From assembly GCA_009859145.1 (NCBI GenBank), contig VRVR01000013.1, positions 144,001 to 392,000 of the forward strand: a stretch of 248,000 bases of DNA, written 5' to 3'. This document shows, piece by piece, positions 47,148 to 60,696 of this stretch. The translations under genes were made by a program, and so were the position numbers. Under the pieces are notes generated by a model that did no database searches, was not told the DNA's origin, and saw nothing but the letters and a program-made list of their open reading frames with translations. How positions within the stretch are numbered: position 1 is the first letter of the stretch; each line of letters begins with the position of its first letter. The stretch comes from Andalucia godoyi And28. Its lineage: Eukaryota; Protista; Jakobida.

Positions 47148-47431
47148 CTAATTGGGGCTTCATTGATGCTACCCGACGTTTCTTTCCAGCGGGCTTTTCT
47201 TTCGTGCAGCGTGCACGATATCGCTTGCACGCCTATCATTCTCAGAGGAGCTTTCTTATGACGTCTTCGTCTGGCGTCTTTTGTGCATTGCTTTTGAATT
47301 GTTTGTATATTCTTCTTCCTCTTTCTTTCTTCTTGCTGCGTGTGATGGACAAAGATTCCCTGTTAGCCTGAAAGAAATTCATGACGAACAGATTTTTTAT
47401 TTAAAACTGATGCAGCCACAATACACATACA

Positions 47432-47469
<38 letters not shown>

Positions 47470-47562
47470 CAGAAATCTATCTTTTTCATTTGAATTGCAG
47501 AAGAGGGGCGCCTTGATATAGAATTAAAAAACGAAGCAACCAATCCTGGCGTGTTTTCTGAA

Positions 47563-47930
47563 CGGTTAACCCGCTTTATGTATCAATGTATCAATGTTGA
47601 ACATCAAACAATATCATACCAGAAGTTTTTCTATTGAACCCTCAAGCAGCACCTCCTCGTCAGAGACAAAAACATCGCATGGCTCCAAAGAGGGGTCTTC
47701 CCAACAAACTCAAACTGGCCATGCGAGAACCAAGAAACCCGTTGATGCCCTCTCGTCGGAGGCGAAGAGTAAGATGAAGAAGCGAAGCGATGACCCTTTG
47801 ATGCAGAGCAATCTGCATGGAAGAGTTGGTCCTAATTAAAGAAGCAGAGCAAAACATGCGGCTTGGACCTGTCTTCGGTGACACCTAGCCGATGATGATC
47901 AATCATGATTCATGTCTTTTTTTTGGCGAG
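47563..47930 (-). mobile_element. Family C copy 2
   Basis: Near-identical to 60926-61361; CCG at both junctions. Confidence 0.75.
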
Positions 47931-48063
47931 CGGTAAGTGAAACACAGTAATGGGTATCTCTGCACGCATGCGAAAGACTTTCATTTTACCAATGCTGTAA
48001 TGCTGCTGCGACTACTGGTACTAGTACTAGAATCAGTGTTAAAAACTACTACTACTGCTGCTA

Positions 48064-49842
48064 CTACTTCTTCTTCTTCTTGTCGTCGCCTTTGCCTTTG
48101 CCTTTGCCCTTGCCCTTCTTCTTTGACGCCTTCTTCCTGCTTGTATAACCCCGCCATGCCACCTGGATGGTGCTCGCTGCATTTTCTCGCTGCTCGCTGC
48201 GCTTTCTCTCTGCTTCCAACTCGGCAGCAATTCTGGCCTCTTCTTGTCTCTCCGCTTCCTGGGCAACCTCTTCCGCATACCGCGTCTCCATCTCCTGCAG
48301 CCTTGCAACTTGCGCTTCCCGTTCCTTGTTGCGGTACTCCAGATCTCGCTCCATGTCTGCGGTTTCGGCATCATATCGCTCATTCCAACGATCCAGCAAG
48401 GAACGAGCTTCTGTATTCCGCTTGTCCAAGAACTCTGCCAGCGTAGCATGCGCCCTCTGTTCCATTCCTAGTTCAATCTCGAGTCTTTCCAATCGCTGCT
48501 GATACTCAGTGGCCTGCAGAGCTTGTGCGCGGGCCGATGCTACGTGCTTGGCATCCAACTCGCGAGAGAGCTTCTCATTTTCAACTCGTAGCGCCAGCAT
48601 GACCTGCGCAACTTGTCGCCTGAGATTCTCCATTTTGGTCTGACGATCACGAATGTTGGTGGCTCGCTCCGACGCTTCTCGGTCCATCTTCGCTCTCAAA
48701 TCCTTAAGTTCCCGCTGGACAGCTTTTTCTCTCTCAACAACTTCGAGTGCCCAATCGTGCCGTGCTGCAGCATCATGAACTCGCTTCGCAAACGTCTCAA
48801 ACTGGACATCGCGAGGCGGAAGATCCGTCACCAAAGCACCTGCATTTCCACCAATCAGCAAACTGCTGTGGCGCTGCCGCCCCTGCGAAGAAGCAGCATT
48901 TGCAGACCCTTGGTTGTGGGAAGTAGCAGACAACGGACCGGGGGAACTCACACCGGGAGAAGACAGCGACAGAGACATGTTGCTAGCAGGCGGTGGTGTG
49001 CCTGCTATGGCAGTCGCATCCAGGGACATCGAGCTTGCAGATGCATGGAAGCCCCCGCTGGATCCCCCGGCCGCATGATTACTTGCGGAATGCGGAGTGG
49101 TGCCACCTCCACGGATGGAAAGCTGCGGATGACCCGGAGCATTCTGGGGTGGAGTCGGGAGTGCACCTGCTAAATTTGTTGCAATTTCGCGAAAACAAGC
49201 TTGCAGCACCGTCATGATATCTGCTCTTTCACGCGCAATCTTCTTTGCATTGTCTGCATCATCCGGAGTTTCTCGTAAAGACCGACAAAGCTTCTTGGTG
49301 ATCACCTTGAGATCGGACTGTGCAGTCTTCAATTCGACTTCCTGCTCCGCAGTGAACCCCACTCGCTGTGCAGAGCCCAGCTTGCTTTTCCCCGCACCAC
49401 CGGCTCCCTTCACATCCTCCATTGGAAGCTTCTGGGCTTCTAACCGAGCCCGCAGCAACGATTCGTATCGATCCTGTGCTTGCTTCTGCTCCGCAAGCAG
49501 CCGGGCAATTGGAGCACCACCAACCGATCCGGTGGCATCCTCCGATGCATCAAGTGCTGTGTTGGCTGCGTTCGCTCCATGATTCCCTAGAAGAGAAGAA
49601 GTCGTCGAGAGCATGGACAGCAGCTGCAGTTTCTGCAATGCATCTTCCAGCACCGACGACACACGCGCAGCATCCGCAACGCCCATTCGCGAAACACGCA
49701 GCGAAGGCAGTCGCGGACCTCCTGCTGCATTCACCGACAAATTCAGACTCAGCGCAGAAGAACTCGGGCCATTCGAAGGACTCGTGGGAGACATTGGAAG
49801 CGCCAACGACAATGGAGCTCGTAATCCCTGTGCAGACGCCAT
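48064..49842 (-). CDS. Dynein regulatory complex subunit 10 (IQCD)-like
   Basis: Coiled coil, W..RY, C-terminal IQ (IQVAWRG) and Lys-rich tail. Confidence 0.7.
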   Translation of the reverse strand: MASAQGLRAPLSLALPMSPTSPSNGPSSSALSLNLSVNAAGGPRLPSLRVSRMGVADAARVSSVLEDALQKLQLLSMLSTTSSLLGNHGANAANTALDASEDATGSVGGAPIARLLAEQKQAQDRYESLLRARLEAQKLPMEDVKGAGGAGKSKLGSAQRVGFTAEQEVELKTAQSDLKVITKKLCRSLRETPDDADNAKKIARERADIMTVLQACFREIATNLAGALPTPPQNAPGHPQLSIRGGGTTPHSASNHAAGGSSGGFHASASSMSLDATAIAGTPPPASNMSLSLSSPGVSSPGPLSATSHNQGSANAASSQGRQRHSSLLIGGNAGALVTDLPPRDVQFETFAKRVHDAAARHDWALEVVEREKAVQRELKDLRAKMDREASERATNIRDRQTKMENLRRQVAQVMLALRVENEKLSRELDAKHVASARAQALQATEYQQRLERLEIELGMEQRAHATLAEFLDKRNTEARSLLDRWNERYDAETADMERDLEYRNKEREAQVARLQEMETRYAEEVAQEAERQEEARIAAELEAERKRSEQRENAASTIQVAWRGYTSRKKASKKKGKGKGKGKGDDKKKKK

Positions 49843-50277
49843 TGCTCAAAATCAAAAACAAACTCAAAACCAAGGTTTCTCTTAATTAATTCAGTGAATT
49901 GATCAATTTCCAAAACAAAAACAAAAAAGAAAAAAAAAGTGGATGTGTGTTGTGTGTGTGTGTGTGCGTGTGTTGTGTGCGTGTGTGTGTGCGTGTGCGT
50001 GTGCGCTGTGTAAGAAGGCTGATATACAGTATGTACGAAATGATGAACGACGATGAACGATGGAGATCGATGATAAACTATTCGTGATTGGGAAATGAGC
50101 GAGAAGAGGCCGAGGAGAAAAAAAACAGAGGAATTTGAAAGGATACTCTCGTTTTTTATCGAGGGTTTTTATGAGAAGGGAAAAACGGTTTCCTTTCAGC
50201 CAGCTTCAGGCTGTGGGGAAAATGCACGGAAGCAATTGCAGGATTGCAAGGAGGGAGGAGGGAAACCATTACGACGG

Positions 50278-53200
50278 CTAGTTCTGCTCGGTCAAGGTCG
50301 AGAAGTCGATGCCCAAGTTTGCACAGCGAGCGTCGGAGCCAACGAGAGCGTTGTAGGCGGCCGCATTTTTCGGGAATGCTTCAATGTCCGAACGCTCCCA
50401 TCCATCATAGTTGTTTGCGCTCTGGCCAATCGGTCCCGGGATTGTCTCGTCAACGTAATTTTTGAACGTGGCGTCCGTGGATCCAACATTTCCGCCGTTG
50501 TAATTGTAGTAGATCACAGGAGCGGTGCGCAGAGGGAACGCTGCTCCGCCAAAGTGTGTCGCAGCGGGATCGTCTACATCTCCAACAATCGACTTCCATC
50601 GGGGAAAGTCTGTCATGATGCCAACTTCCATACATCTGGGATATGCACCGCTGCTCTTGCCGTCCAATAACCCCTTGAGCGTCATAAGTCCTGCATAGTT
50701 GTTTGCTTGACTGGAAGACCACCCCACCGCATTCAGCACTCTGATGTAGCATTTCATAAGAGGAATCTGTGGCGCTGCATTTGCTGCATTTTCAAACATT
50801 GAAAACGCCGCAGTAAACTGAGCAGTCACGGCTGCATTGACGCTTGCTTCAGTTGTCAGTCCGCTGACACTTGGTTCGAAAATACCAATAATCTTCGATT
50901 TGTCATATCCAGCAAAAATAGCGTCTCTGATCATGTCAACCGCGGAAGACGACCGAGAACCCACGTTGTTTACGCCCCCTGGGACAACAATGTCCACAAA
51001 CAGATAGTCTTGTGACGCAGAGAGGCAGTTCGACACGGGGTCTTTGTGGAAGGACATGTCGAAAGAATCGAACAGGCTTCTCGTTCGCACTTGTGTCGAG
51101 ATGGAAATTCCATACCCATGGTGAACATCGCAAGTGAACTTTGTGTGTTTCGAATATGCCTTGGGAGCCCCCGGAGGTGTGAAGGACACGAACTGAACAT
51201 TGGTGCACGTGATCGGAGAGCAATCGCTTTGTCCGGGGATGCAGTGATCGGAAGACGTTGCTGCCGACGCGGACTCTGTGTTTGTCAGGGTGACACTGAC
51301 TTCCGCCGGCAATTTTCCAAAGTGGTCTCCAGTAATTGTGAGCGTTGTTCCCTCCGTCGAACAAAAGTCTCCGTTCGCAAAATCTGATCTCGAAGAGCAG
51401 TTGAAATAACGGATGTCGGGGGCCACGTAGCTGAAGCTTCCACTTTGCGTCATCGTCTGCGAACCAACGGAGACGAAGATATCCTGATTAATGCCCGTAT
51501 TTTCCGGCGCGGAGCAAATGACTGTGTGGTGATCAGCGGGATAGTTGGTGGGGGCTCGCGACGCAAACGTGCAGTCCTTTCCATCAATCTTGAGTACTAG
51601 CGCTTCATCGGATCGTCCGAAATTGTGTCCAGACACAGTTACCGTCGTATCGTGCGTGCCGCAAGTGGCAGTTGCGATAGATCCTCCGTTCCACGCATCG
51701 TAGTAGTTGCACACATGAGATACGATCGAAGGCGCTGTGTACGTAAATGTAGTCTGCGGAGACGACACATCGACCTGGCCACCGATTTTCAGCTGCATGG
51801 GCAGCGAGGCCCCTGCTTGAATCGGGGTGCGGCAGGCGACCTTCACATGAAGGCTGCCAGACACGGGTTCGGCATAATCAGCAGTATTGCCACTCGGATC
51901 GATAACCATCCAGTTCGGACTGTGGTCGGCATCACAGTATAAAGACCCAATCGAAAACAAATCGACGTCATCGCGAATGGAACCGAAGTTCACTCCAGAA
52001 ACAGTAATTGTGTTGCTATCCGTTTCGCAGTTGGAAGAAGATCCTGACAATCCTGCAGATGAGCAGAGATGGCTGTCGATGCGAGGAGGTGCAAAGGAAA
52101 ACGATGCAGCCTTTGAAAACGCGTACGTGTCCGTGCGCGTTATCAAAGTCGCGACGGATGTTCCAACCCCATGGAACGTTGCCGGATCACAAAATACCGT
52201 TCGGTGCTTGAAGTCGTTTGATTGCTGATCGTGGACACAGGTCGGAGAAGTGGAAAGGCTCCATCTTCCTGAGCGAGACAATGAAACAACACTGCCAGCG
52301 CTGCCAAAATCATCTCCAAAGATCGTCAAGGTGTCTCCGGTTGTTCGGCATAGTTTTCCGGGAGCATCCGCTGGAGGGCCTCCAGCGCTGTCAAATCCAT
52401 TTGCAGAATGGTGGTTGAAAGCCTGCGCACCTCCACAGTAAACGTCCTTTATAAACGGGCTTCGGTACGCAAACCCATTGCTCAGTCGGGCCGTCTGTCC
52501 ACCAACGGTAATGTCCAAGTTCATAATGCTACCCATGCTGTTGGAAAGCTCCGGCAACCTGCAAGTCACAATCTGATGACGTGCGGATCCAGTGTCCGGG
52601 GACAGGCGAGCGTACGTGGAATGGCAGCTCGTTTCGCCGCCTGCATTGCCCGCATCTCCACCGATCGAGAGAGTCTGCACGTGATCCAGATCCCAACCAA
52701 AGTTTTCCCCACGGAATGTTATCGAAGACGAACCGTCTGTCCGGCAGTACGCATTCCCAGGACTGGCTTCGGATCCGGACCCCTGGAGTTCCGCTAAACC
52801 ATTCGAGCCCGTGGAACACCAGAATTTCGAAATGGTCGGAGGTCGAAAACTGAAGGCGTCTGGCAAGGTGTGGACGGCAGTGTCGCCCCTTGTCAGGGTA
52901 ACATCGATGTTGGTCGACACAGCCTCCAGACTCGTGCAAACCAAACCGAAATGCCGGTTTGTTCCGGAAAGAGCAATGCACGATGTTGGATGACGGACGT
53001 TAAAGGTGCCGGCATCTATGGTGACCTTCGGATCCAGTGCGTTTGGCAAAAACTTTCCAAAATTCTTGCCAGTTATCGTCAGTGCATCCCCGAATGTTGA
53101 GCACAGGTTAATTCCACCTTCCTGCACACATCGAGCAGAGGAAATAATTGGAGCAGCATATGAGAAACTTGCCGCAGAAGATTCTGCTTGGTTTCCAACC

Positions 53201-56200
53201 GTCATTTGTAAAGTGTTGGTGCCGTACTCCGGGCCTTCTGGAAGGATGCATTGAAACGTATCGTCATCAATCCAAACAGCGGATCCTGTGCAGGGATTCC
53301 TGGTGCCCGCATTTCCAACAGATACGCTGTCCAAATTGTGAAGCACATGCGGGAAATTCGTACCAGTTAGCGTGAGTGTTGCGGTCCCATCGGTAGCGCA
53401 ATCATTGTCATATTGTCGGGCAACATCCACACTGCATGAGTAAGCAGTGATGGCCGGTGGGATATACGAAAACGATGTCTTGCAGCAATGACCAAACATT
53501 GTTAGTGCACATACTCACACACAGAGACACTTGCATACACACCTGCGCATGTGCACAGACGGACGTGGCAAAAAAAATGGCGACGCTGATCAGAACAAGA
53601 AAACATACAGAAACAGTCTGGGAATCTGCTCGCGTAAACTGAACATCAATATTCGTCCCAGCACCCTTAAAGTTGGAACAGTAGATCGTTGTGTGGGCGG
53701 AAGCGACGTAGCAGTTGTGCCCAGAAGAAGTGGGAACTGCGCTTCCGGGAAACACCGGACTCAGTTGGGTGTACGTCTTTGGGACTGTGCCGGGATCAGA
53801 CAGATCGATTTTTGGAGCATACTTCCCGAAATTCGTTCCAACAATAGTAATCGTGTCAAGGTGCGTTTTGCAGAGACTGCCCGTCGAACACGATATGCTT
53901 GCGATGGTCGGTTCTAGAGAATCATACAGAATTCATTATTAAGCAAGCAGAGAAATAGAACAACAACAACAACAACAACAACACGAGAAAAAAGAGAGAG
54001 AAAAGAAAAAAAAGAGAATGGAGTGACGAAGCATAAACATTAATATTAAAAAAAAGAACACTCGACATCAAAAACAAAACAAAAAAAACAAAAAAACATA
54101 CCTGCATAATGGAAAGATGGCACGGTACCCACGAGATCCTGGTTCCCTATTCGAAGTTCGACAGTGTTTTTCTCGCTGGCATCCACAGAAACGCCCTCTG
54201 GTAGACTGCAAACAATTTTGCTGTGGGAGGACAACGTGGCCGTAACCGCTGCTATCGGCAGACAGTTCACGGATCCAATCTTCAGGTATTGCACATTTGT
54301 CGCAAGCTGCGGCCCAAAGTTGTCCCCCTCAAACGTAATGGTTGCAGAACCGTCTGTTCTGCACTCCGCATTCTTTTTGGTCATGACATCGGACGATCCA
54401 CTGGCAGAAGTACAAGAGTACTTGGAAAGAGAAGGAGCAATGAAGCTGAACGCCGCGGGCAGCGTTGTCTGCGTCCGAGCGTTGTCATCCTCGTACGCCC
54501 TTTCGTACTTGATAATCACATTCTGCCCTACACCAGTGAAACCGGAGCACTTGACGGTAGCATGGCCGGAAGACACAATGCACGAAGGAGAAACAGAACC
54601 AACGAAGGAAGACGGAAGTGTCAGCGACACCGTCGGTGCGGATTGTCCAAAATTCTTGCCTGTCAGTGTAACCGTATCTCCAGTGGTTTTGCACAGACCA
54701 CCAGAGTTGGAGCAGGACGCAGTCTGCAGCGTGACCGCTGCATAGTCAAAATCAATCACACTGGACACCTGCGCCCCCACAGAGATTTGCAAATCATTCA
54801 CTGCTTGAGGACCTTCTGGAAGTGTGCACGTGAGCGACGTGTGACTGACGAGCGCCGCAGAGCTCAGACAGTCGACTCCACCGACTCTGACATAGTCAAC
54901 ACTCCCGAGCGTCTGTGAAAACTCCTTGCCTGTCAAGGTTAGTACCGAGGAGCCTGCGGTTCCGCATTCCGGGGAGCACGCATACGATGTAATCTCTGGT
55001 ACCCTGAATGAAAACGCGCTTGACAGAACCGCCGACTTCGCATCAAATCCATTCTGCGTAAACTCAATGCCTATCCCGGTGGATGCGCCCGTGAATCCTG
55101 AGCACTCGATGGTTGTGTGACCAGCAGTACAAGACGTTGGACTGACCGTTGCGTACGTTGCATGAGAAAGAATCAGCGACCCAGCAGTGTTGCCAAAGTT
55201 CTTCCCCACAACAGTCAGTACATCCCCCGATGTCTTGCAAGTGCCACCGTTGCAGGCTGCAGATGTTATCGCCGGACTCTCGTAATGGAATGCAACGCCG
55301 GACGATGTCTGTCCTCCCACTTGAATTGTAATATCTGCTGTTGAAGGACCTATCCCTGCGGGCAAAACAGCGCGAACCTGTGTCGAAGAGTCAAAGTACA
55401 ATGTTCCGGCAAGACTGCCTTGAACAGATACGCTGTCAACGTGAGCCAGAGACGTTCCCAAGTTCGTCCCAACGATCGTTACTACGTCTCCGCCATCCGT
55501 CCTGCAGTTTGTACTGTCTGTTGCGGTATTTCCATTGCAACTCCACAACGAAATCGATGGTGGAATGAACGAAAATGCGTCTGCCAGACTACTGGATTGC
55601 TGAGGACTTTCGTACGATCGAGTGAGCGTGACGTCAACCAAAGTCCCCACGCCTTTGAAGCCCTGGCAAATCGCCTGCGTGTGGGAGGGCACTGTGCATG
55701 AAGTCGGGTTTACAGCGGCATACGGTGAAGGCAACGAAATGGCCACAGTTGGAGCAGAAATCCCAAAATTGCTCCCGATAATGGTAAGTGCGTCTCCTTC
55801 AACAAGACACGGACTACCACTGCTGCCACAATATGCACCAGTCACTGTGGGAGGTGCATAGTTGAAGTTTCTCGTCGCAAATTGTGACCCAACGGTGAGC
55901 TGAAAAAGGAAAAATAAATTAGTTTGGTTGTCAATGATAACTGGAACACCTCTTAAATCTCAAAAAAAAAAAACGCCATACAGTAAGAGTGTTCTGCCCA
56001 TTGGCGGGGCCTGCTGGGAGCGTACACGAAAACTCTGTGTCGGAAGTTACTAAAGCTGCGGATGCTGTGCAGGATACTCCGCCAACAGTCATTGCATTGA
56101 TGTTCGCCAAAGTGTGCCCTAAATTGGTTCCGGTCACCGTTACAGTGGCCGTCCCATCGGTAGAGCATTCTGGAGCGCAAGTGTGGGAAGTAAGAGAAGG

Positions 56201-58780
56201 GCCAGTGAACGTCATTGTCGAGGATGCCGACGCACTATCTCTTGTGCGAACAAACGAGACGGTGACAAGCGTACCGGCTCCTCTAAAGCCACTGCACACA
56301 ATGGAGCTATGGCTGGAAGTGCAAGACTGGGGATTGACGAACGTGATTCCGGCTTTCGACAGACTGAATGTTCCGGTCGCCAGTCCGAAATTCGCCCCGG
56401 TAATCGTAACTGCATCTCCGGACGTTGAGCATGACCCGCCGTTGCAAGTCGCGGAAGTAATGCTGGGACCATCGTAGGCAAAATCGATGGGGCTCGACGT
56501 CTGCCCACCACTGTGATCGAAATCTTACGGGTCCCCGCCCCTGGTCCTTCTGGTAAAGACATGGAGATTGCGCTGGCAGAGTATGCCACCACATTTGCAG
56601 TCTCTTCGTGCACAGATCCTTGTGAAGAATGAGAAGATGTGTAGCCAAAGTTCTTCCCGGAAATATGGACTTGCGCTGTGCCAGCCGTGGAGCAACCGGC
56701 AGACGATGTGGAACTTGGAGAAGTTGTTGTGCATGAATAGAATGTGATGGTGGGAGGCGTGTATGAAAATGTCGTCTAATGCAAAAAAGAAGAAGAAGAA
56801 GAAGAAGAAGAAGAAGAAGAAGAAGAAGAAGAAGAAGAAGAAGAAGAAGAGGTGAGCATCAAAAACCAGTCAGCATGATCGGGGGGGAGGTGGAGTGAGA
56901 GGGAAAGAAGAGAAGAGTGGACATACGGATGCTGAAATGCCGTCGCTGCGCGTGAACTCGGCGTTAACACCGGTTCCAGCACCTTTGAAATTGGAACAGG
57001 TGATCACGGAATGCGAGGCAACAGTACAATCTCCAGAACCAGCGTACGAAGTAAATCCGGGACTTTGTTGCGTGAACGTCCCGGAAAGTACTATCTTTGG
57101 TGTCTTGGGTCCAAAATTCTTTCCGGAGATTGTCAAAACGTCGCCAGTAGTAGCGCAGGTCGCGGAGGAACCGGTGCAGGTGAGGGATGTTATACCAGGG
57201 TTTGCATAGTAAAACCCAATTGTATTGGACCCCTGGCCCCCCACGGTGACTGACAATGCATGATAACCACTCTGTCCATCGACTAGCGGTCCAGCTGGCA
57301 GACTGCACGATATCGTCGAATGGCCGCTAACGGCGAGGCCGGACGAGCAAGACGTTCCACCAAGAGAAACAGCAATGTTCGCGGAGTTGGGTCCAAAATT
57401 AGAACCGGCAATACTCACAGTATGTCCGGTGCCGACCGTGGAACACTCAGAACTCGGTCCGGAACATGAAAAGGAGCTCACAGTCGGAGCAACGAATGAG
57501 AAAGCCGCGGCCTTGGAGACCGTCTTCGTGTCAAAGCGTTGGAATGTTATTCCGGCAGTTCCGACCCCCTGGAATCCTGTGCAGGATGCCTGTGTGTGAG
57601 AGGAGCTCGTGCAGACACCACTTACAGCTCCAGTTCCTGCTGTCGTCAGCGAGAGGGTGTGACCGCTCCCCAGTCCAAGATTTGTACCTGTGATTTCAAG
57701 GGTTCCGCCCCCGGTCGGACAACCGCCGGAACAAGACGCTGATGTTATGGTGGGACTCCGATAGTAAAAAGCTGTTCCAAAAGTGGCTGACTGCGATCCT
57801 ATGTACAACGACAGCGTAGTTGTAGATGATGAAACAAGCTCGGGTAGTGAAGCAACGATCGTTGTCGTCGACGTCAATGACTGCACAGCTCCGGCTTGTC
57901 CACCAACACTGACCTTGGAGCAGGTCGCCTGGTTGGACACACAGATTGCAGCAATGTCATTTCCGAAGTTGGATCCCGATATGGTGATGGGGACTGATCC
58001 GTCTGTCGGACAAGTAGTTCCTGAACACGAAAATGAAGATATAGCGGGCGCTGCCCAAGAAAAGGCTGTGGAAGAAGTGACACTCTGACTATAGTATCCA
58101 GCCCTCGTTACTGTGGCAGTCACCCCAGTGCCCTGTCCTCTCGCACTGGTGCACGACATCGAAGTATGAGTGTTCGAGCAAGTTCCAGAAACATGGGTTC
58201 CAAAACCGTTCAAGGTCAGTGCCGCAGACGGTCCAAAATTGGTGCCGGCCACAACTATGGTGGCTCCACTCGTTGAGCAGGGCGCAGTGCAGGAAAGAGA
58301 AGTAATTGTGGGGTTTGGAAATGCGGGGAAGGTTGCTGAAGCGCTGACTGAAGTCGATGTGTACATCACTGACATCGTCATGTATATAATGAATTCGTTG
58401 TTGATACCGTTGTTCCAGATGGTCGTGGAATACGAAAAGTACAGAACATTCGACGAAGCTCTGTAACAAGTATACGACACAGAACCGACCGCGCAGCTAT
58501 ACGTATTCAGATACCAGTTCGCATCGTCGAAACTGGACGTTAAGTACACCGTTCCGGAACTTGTCGTGCAAGAAACGCACGAAACGCTCATGGTTACGGT
58601 CTCGCAGTTCCCTCCGTACGTTCCATACGGGCAAACGCACGTTTGTGAGTTCAAATAATCGCAGTAGCCTCCTATGTTGTCGTTGCACTCTGAGTCAAAC
58701 GAGCAAGCCACAGCGAAGCGCAGCAGCTGCGAAAGCAGAAGGAGGCCCCAGACCAGGCAGCTAACATGCAGACTCCGCAT
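50278..58780 (-). CDS. Giant multi-exon IPT/TIG-repeat surface protein with C-terminal GH25 lysozyme-like domain
   Basis: Signal peptide, EGF, many ITITGxNFG repeats across four ORFs; frame breaks near 56200-56700. Confidence 0.65.
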
Positions 58781-59241
58781 GATTAGTCATGAAAGCCACT
58801 CCCGCGATTTGGAGGAAAAGAATGCGAAAGAGACTGGAAAGCTGAAAAGCTGAAATCAGAAACATTTGCGATTTGCCAAGACACACCAAAGTAAGTAGTT
58901 GATTGGTGATTGCGTGAGATTGAAAGTTGACTATTGAAAACTCTGAGTGCGCTGCGGACGGCACGTTTTCGGTAAAGTTGATGGGTGTGAGATTTTCGAA
59001 AAGAAACCGCGCCTCTTCTTTTAATTTAAGGATGATTCGTTTCATTAATTCATTTCCCCCACTTTCGTTCCTGTTTCATGACTTTCCGTTCCGAGTTCTG
59101 ACTGCCGAGTTGCAACTCGCAACTAGCAAGACGTAAGACGCAACTCGCAAGACGTAAGACGCAAATCGAAAATGGTTATTTGGCAACAGGAACAGGCAAC
59201 TATCGCCCAGTAACAGAGTAGAAATGAAAAATGGAGCAAGA

Positions 59242-59953
59242 CACCTACATTGTACACTAACCACGGATAATCATCGCTGATCAACCATAATCAATGTTGC
59301 AACCCAACAACATGCATAGCATGATTGGGAAGGGGGGTAGGCCCCAACACGCCCCCGGCATACGAGACGTTCTCAAGATAGATGTTGCACACGCCGTTCC
59401 AATCGCGGTCGAGCGTGCATGTGCACGATGGGCAACAAAACACCACCTTGTTTCCACACAACTTGCGACGCATTTCCCCCCGCAACGGCCGCACGCTTTA
59501 GATGTGTACTCCTCCGTCACAAGTCACAATCGACACCTGCCGCCCTGCGAATTCGCGCGATTTGCAGAGCATCCGCTGTTGGAATTGATAATGGCCCCGT
59601 GTCAACATCTGCCGCGCAGTTGTTGCCTTGGCGATCTTTCCTGGCGGCGGCCCAGCGCCGGAAAGTGGCGGTGGAGATTGTCATGGGTCTTGCCGCAGCA
59701 TTGCGGGCGTGACGGACATGGTGCGTTGCATGGACAATAAAAACAAAAACAAAAATAAGAAATGAGCGTCGCTGTGCGAGAATGCAACGCGGCGGCGTGC
59801 TTATAGGGATTTCATGATCAAAATGGTGGGCGAAACGAATCGGGCATCGTGTGACGAAGTTGCCAAGATAGCAAACGCATGCGCATGGCGCGTGGCAGTC
59901 GTTTTGTTTTACGTGCGCTTTAGATTGCTTCATCATATCGCAATAAGTGGCAG
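59242..59953 (-). mobile_element. Family A2 copy 1: IS607/Fanzor2 relic with RuvC-II, Zn finger and RuvC-III
   Basis: GKIAKATTARQMLTRGHYQFQQRMLCK..EEYTSKACGRCG..CPSC..LDRDWNGVCNIYL; both ends present. Confidence 0.85.
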
Positions 59954-59988
59954 CGGTGCATTGCCTATCTTACTTTTTTCTTCTTCTT

Positions 59989-60696
59989 TTACTGAAGAAC
60001 GGGAGCTTGTTGCTTGGAGATCACATCCTTCAAAAATGCAGCGAGCACTTCATCAACCTGCGATTCCTCGCCGTTGTCGCCTTCCTCTGTTCTAGAATTT
60101 TCGAGGAGAGTTTCAAAAAAGGGCTTCAGCTCCAAGTACCCTCTGGGTCCGAAAGTAATTTCATCCCCCGTCTGTTCAACCCACCGATCTTCCAAGAGCT
60201 TTTGCATCACTGCACTTCTTTTCTTGTCATTCAAGAGATCTTGGCAATGCAGAATAATCGACCCTTTGTCCCGTTTGCCTCCCATTTCTGCAAGATACGT
60301 AAACATCCTCTTGATGAACTCCATCTCTGCAGAGTCAAAACCTGTTGCCAATTTTGAAATCTCATCTTCCAACGTATTTGTCAATCCAAAAAACCTATCT
60401 CTCTTTAAAACTACCATTCGATAATCCATCCCATACTGATGTAGAATTTCAATGCACTGCTTCAAAATGGAAGGACCATCGCGGTCAACCACAAACGCAC
60501 CTTGCCCGAACAAATCCATCGATGTTCTAATTGCTTCAAGTAGCTCGGCAAGAGTCATTAGTGGTTTCACAAGAATCTTCTGCAGAAGCGATTGCTCCGT
60601 TTTGGTCCTGCGGTCACATTGCGACCATATCGGATGCAGCCCATCCAAACCCCCTCCAGAATGCGAGGGCACAGATTGTGTGGGCTGAGAGGACAT
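59989..60696 (-). CDS. SMC5/6 subunit Nse1-like
   Basis: FFGLTN..ATGFDSAEMEFIK; WVEQ..GPRGYLEL. Confidence 0.6.
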   Translation of the reverse strand: MSSQPTQSVPSHSGGGLDGLHPIWSQCDRRTKTEQSLLQKILVKPLMTLAELLEAIRTSMDLFGQGAFVVDRDGPSILKQCIEILHQYGMDYRMVVLKRDRFFGLTNTLEDEISKLATGFDSAEMEFIKRMFTYLAEMGGKRDKGSIILHCQDLLNDKKRSAVMQKLLEDRWVEQTGDEITFGPRGYLELKPFFETLLENSRTEEGDNGEESQVDEVLAAFLKDVISKQQAPVLQ

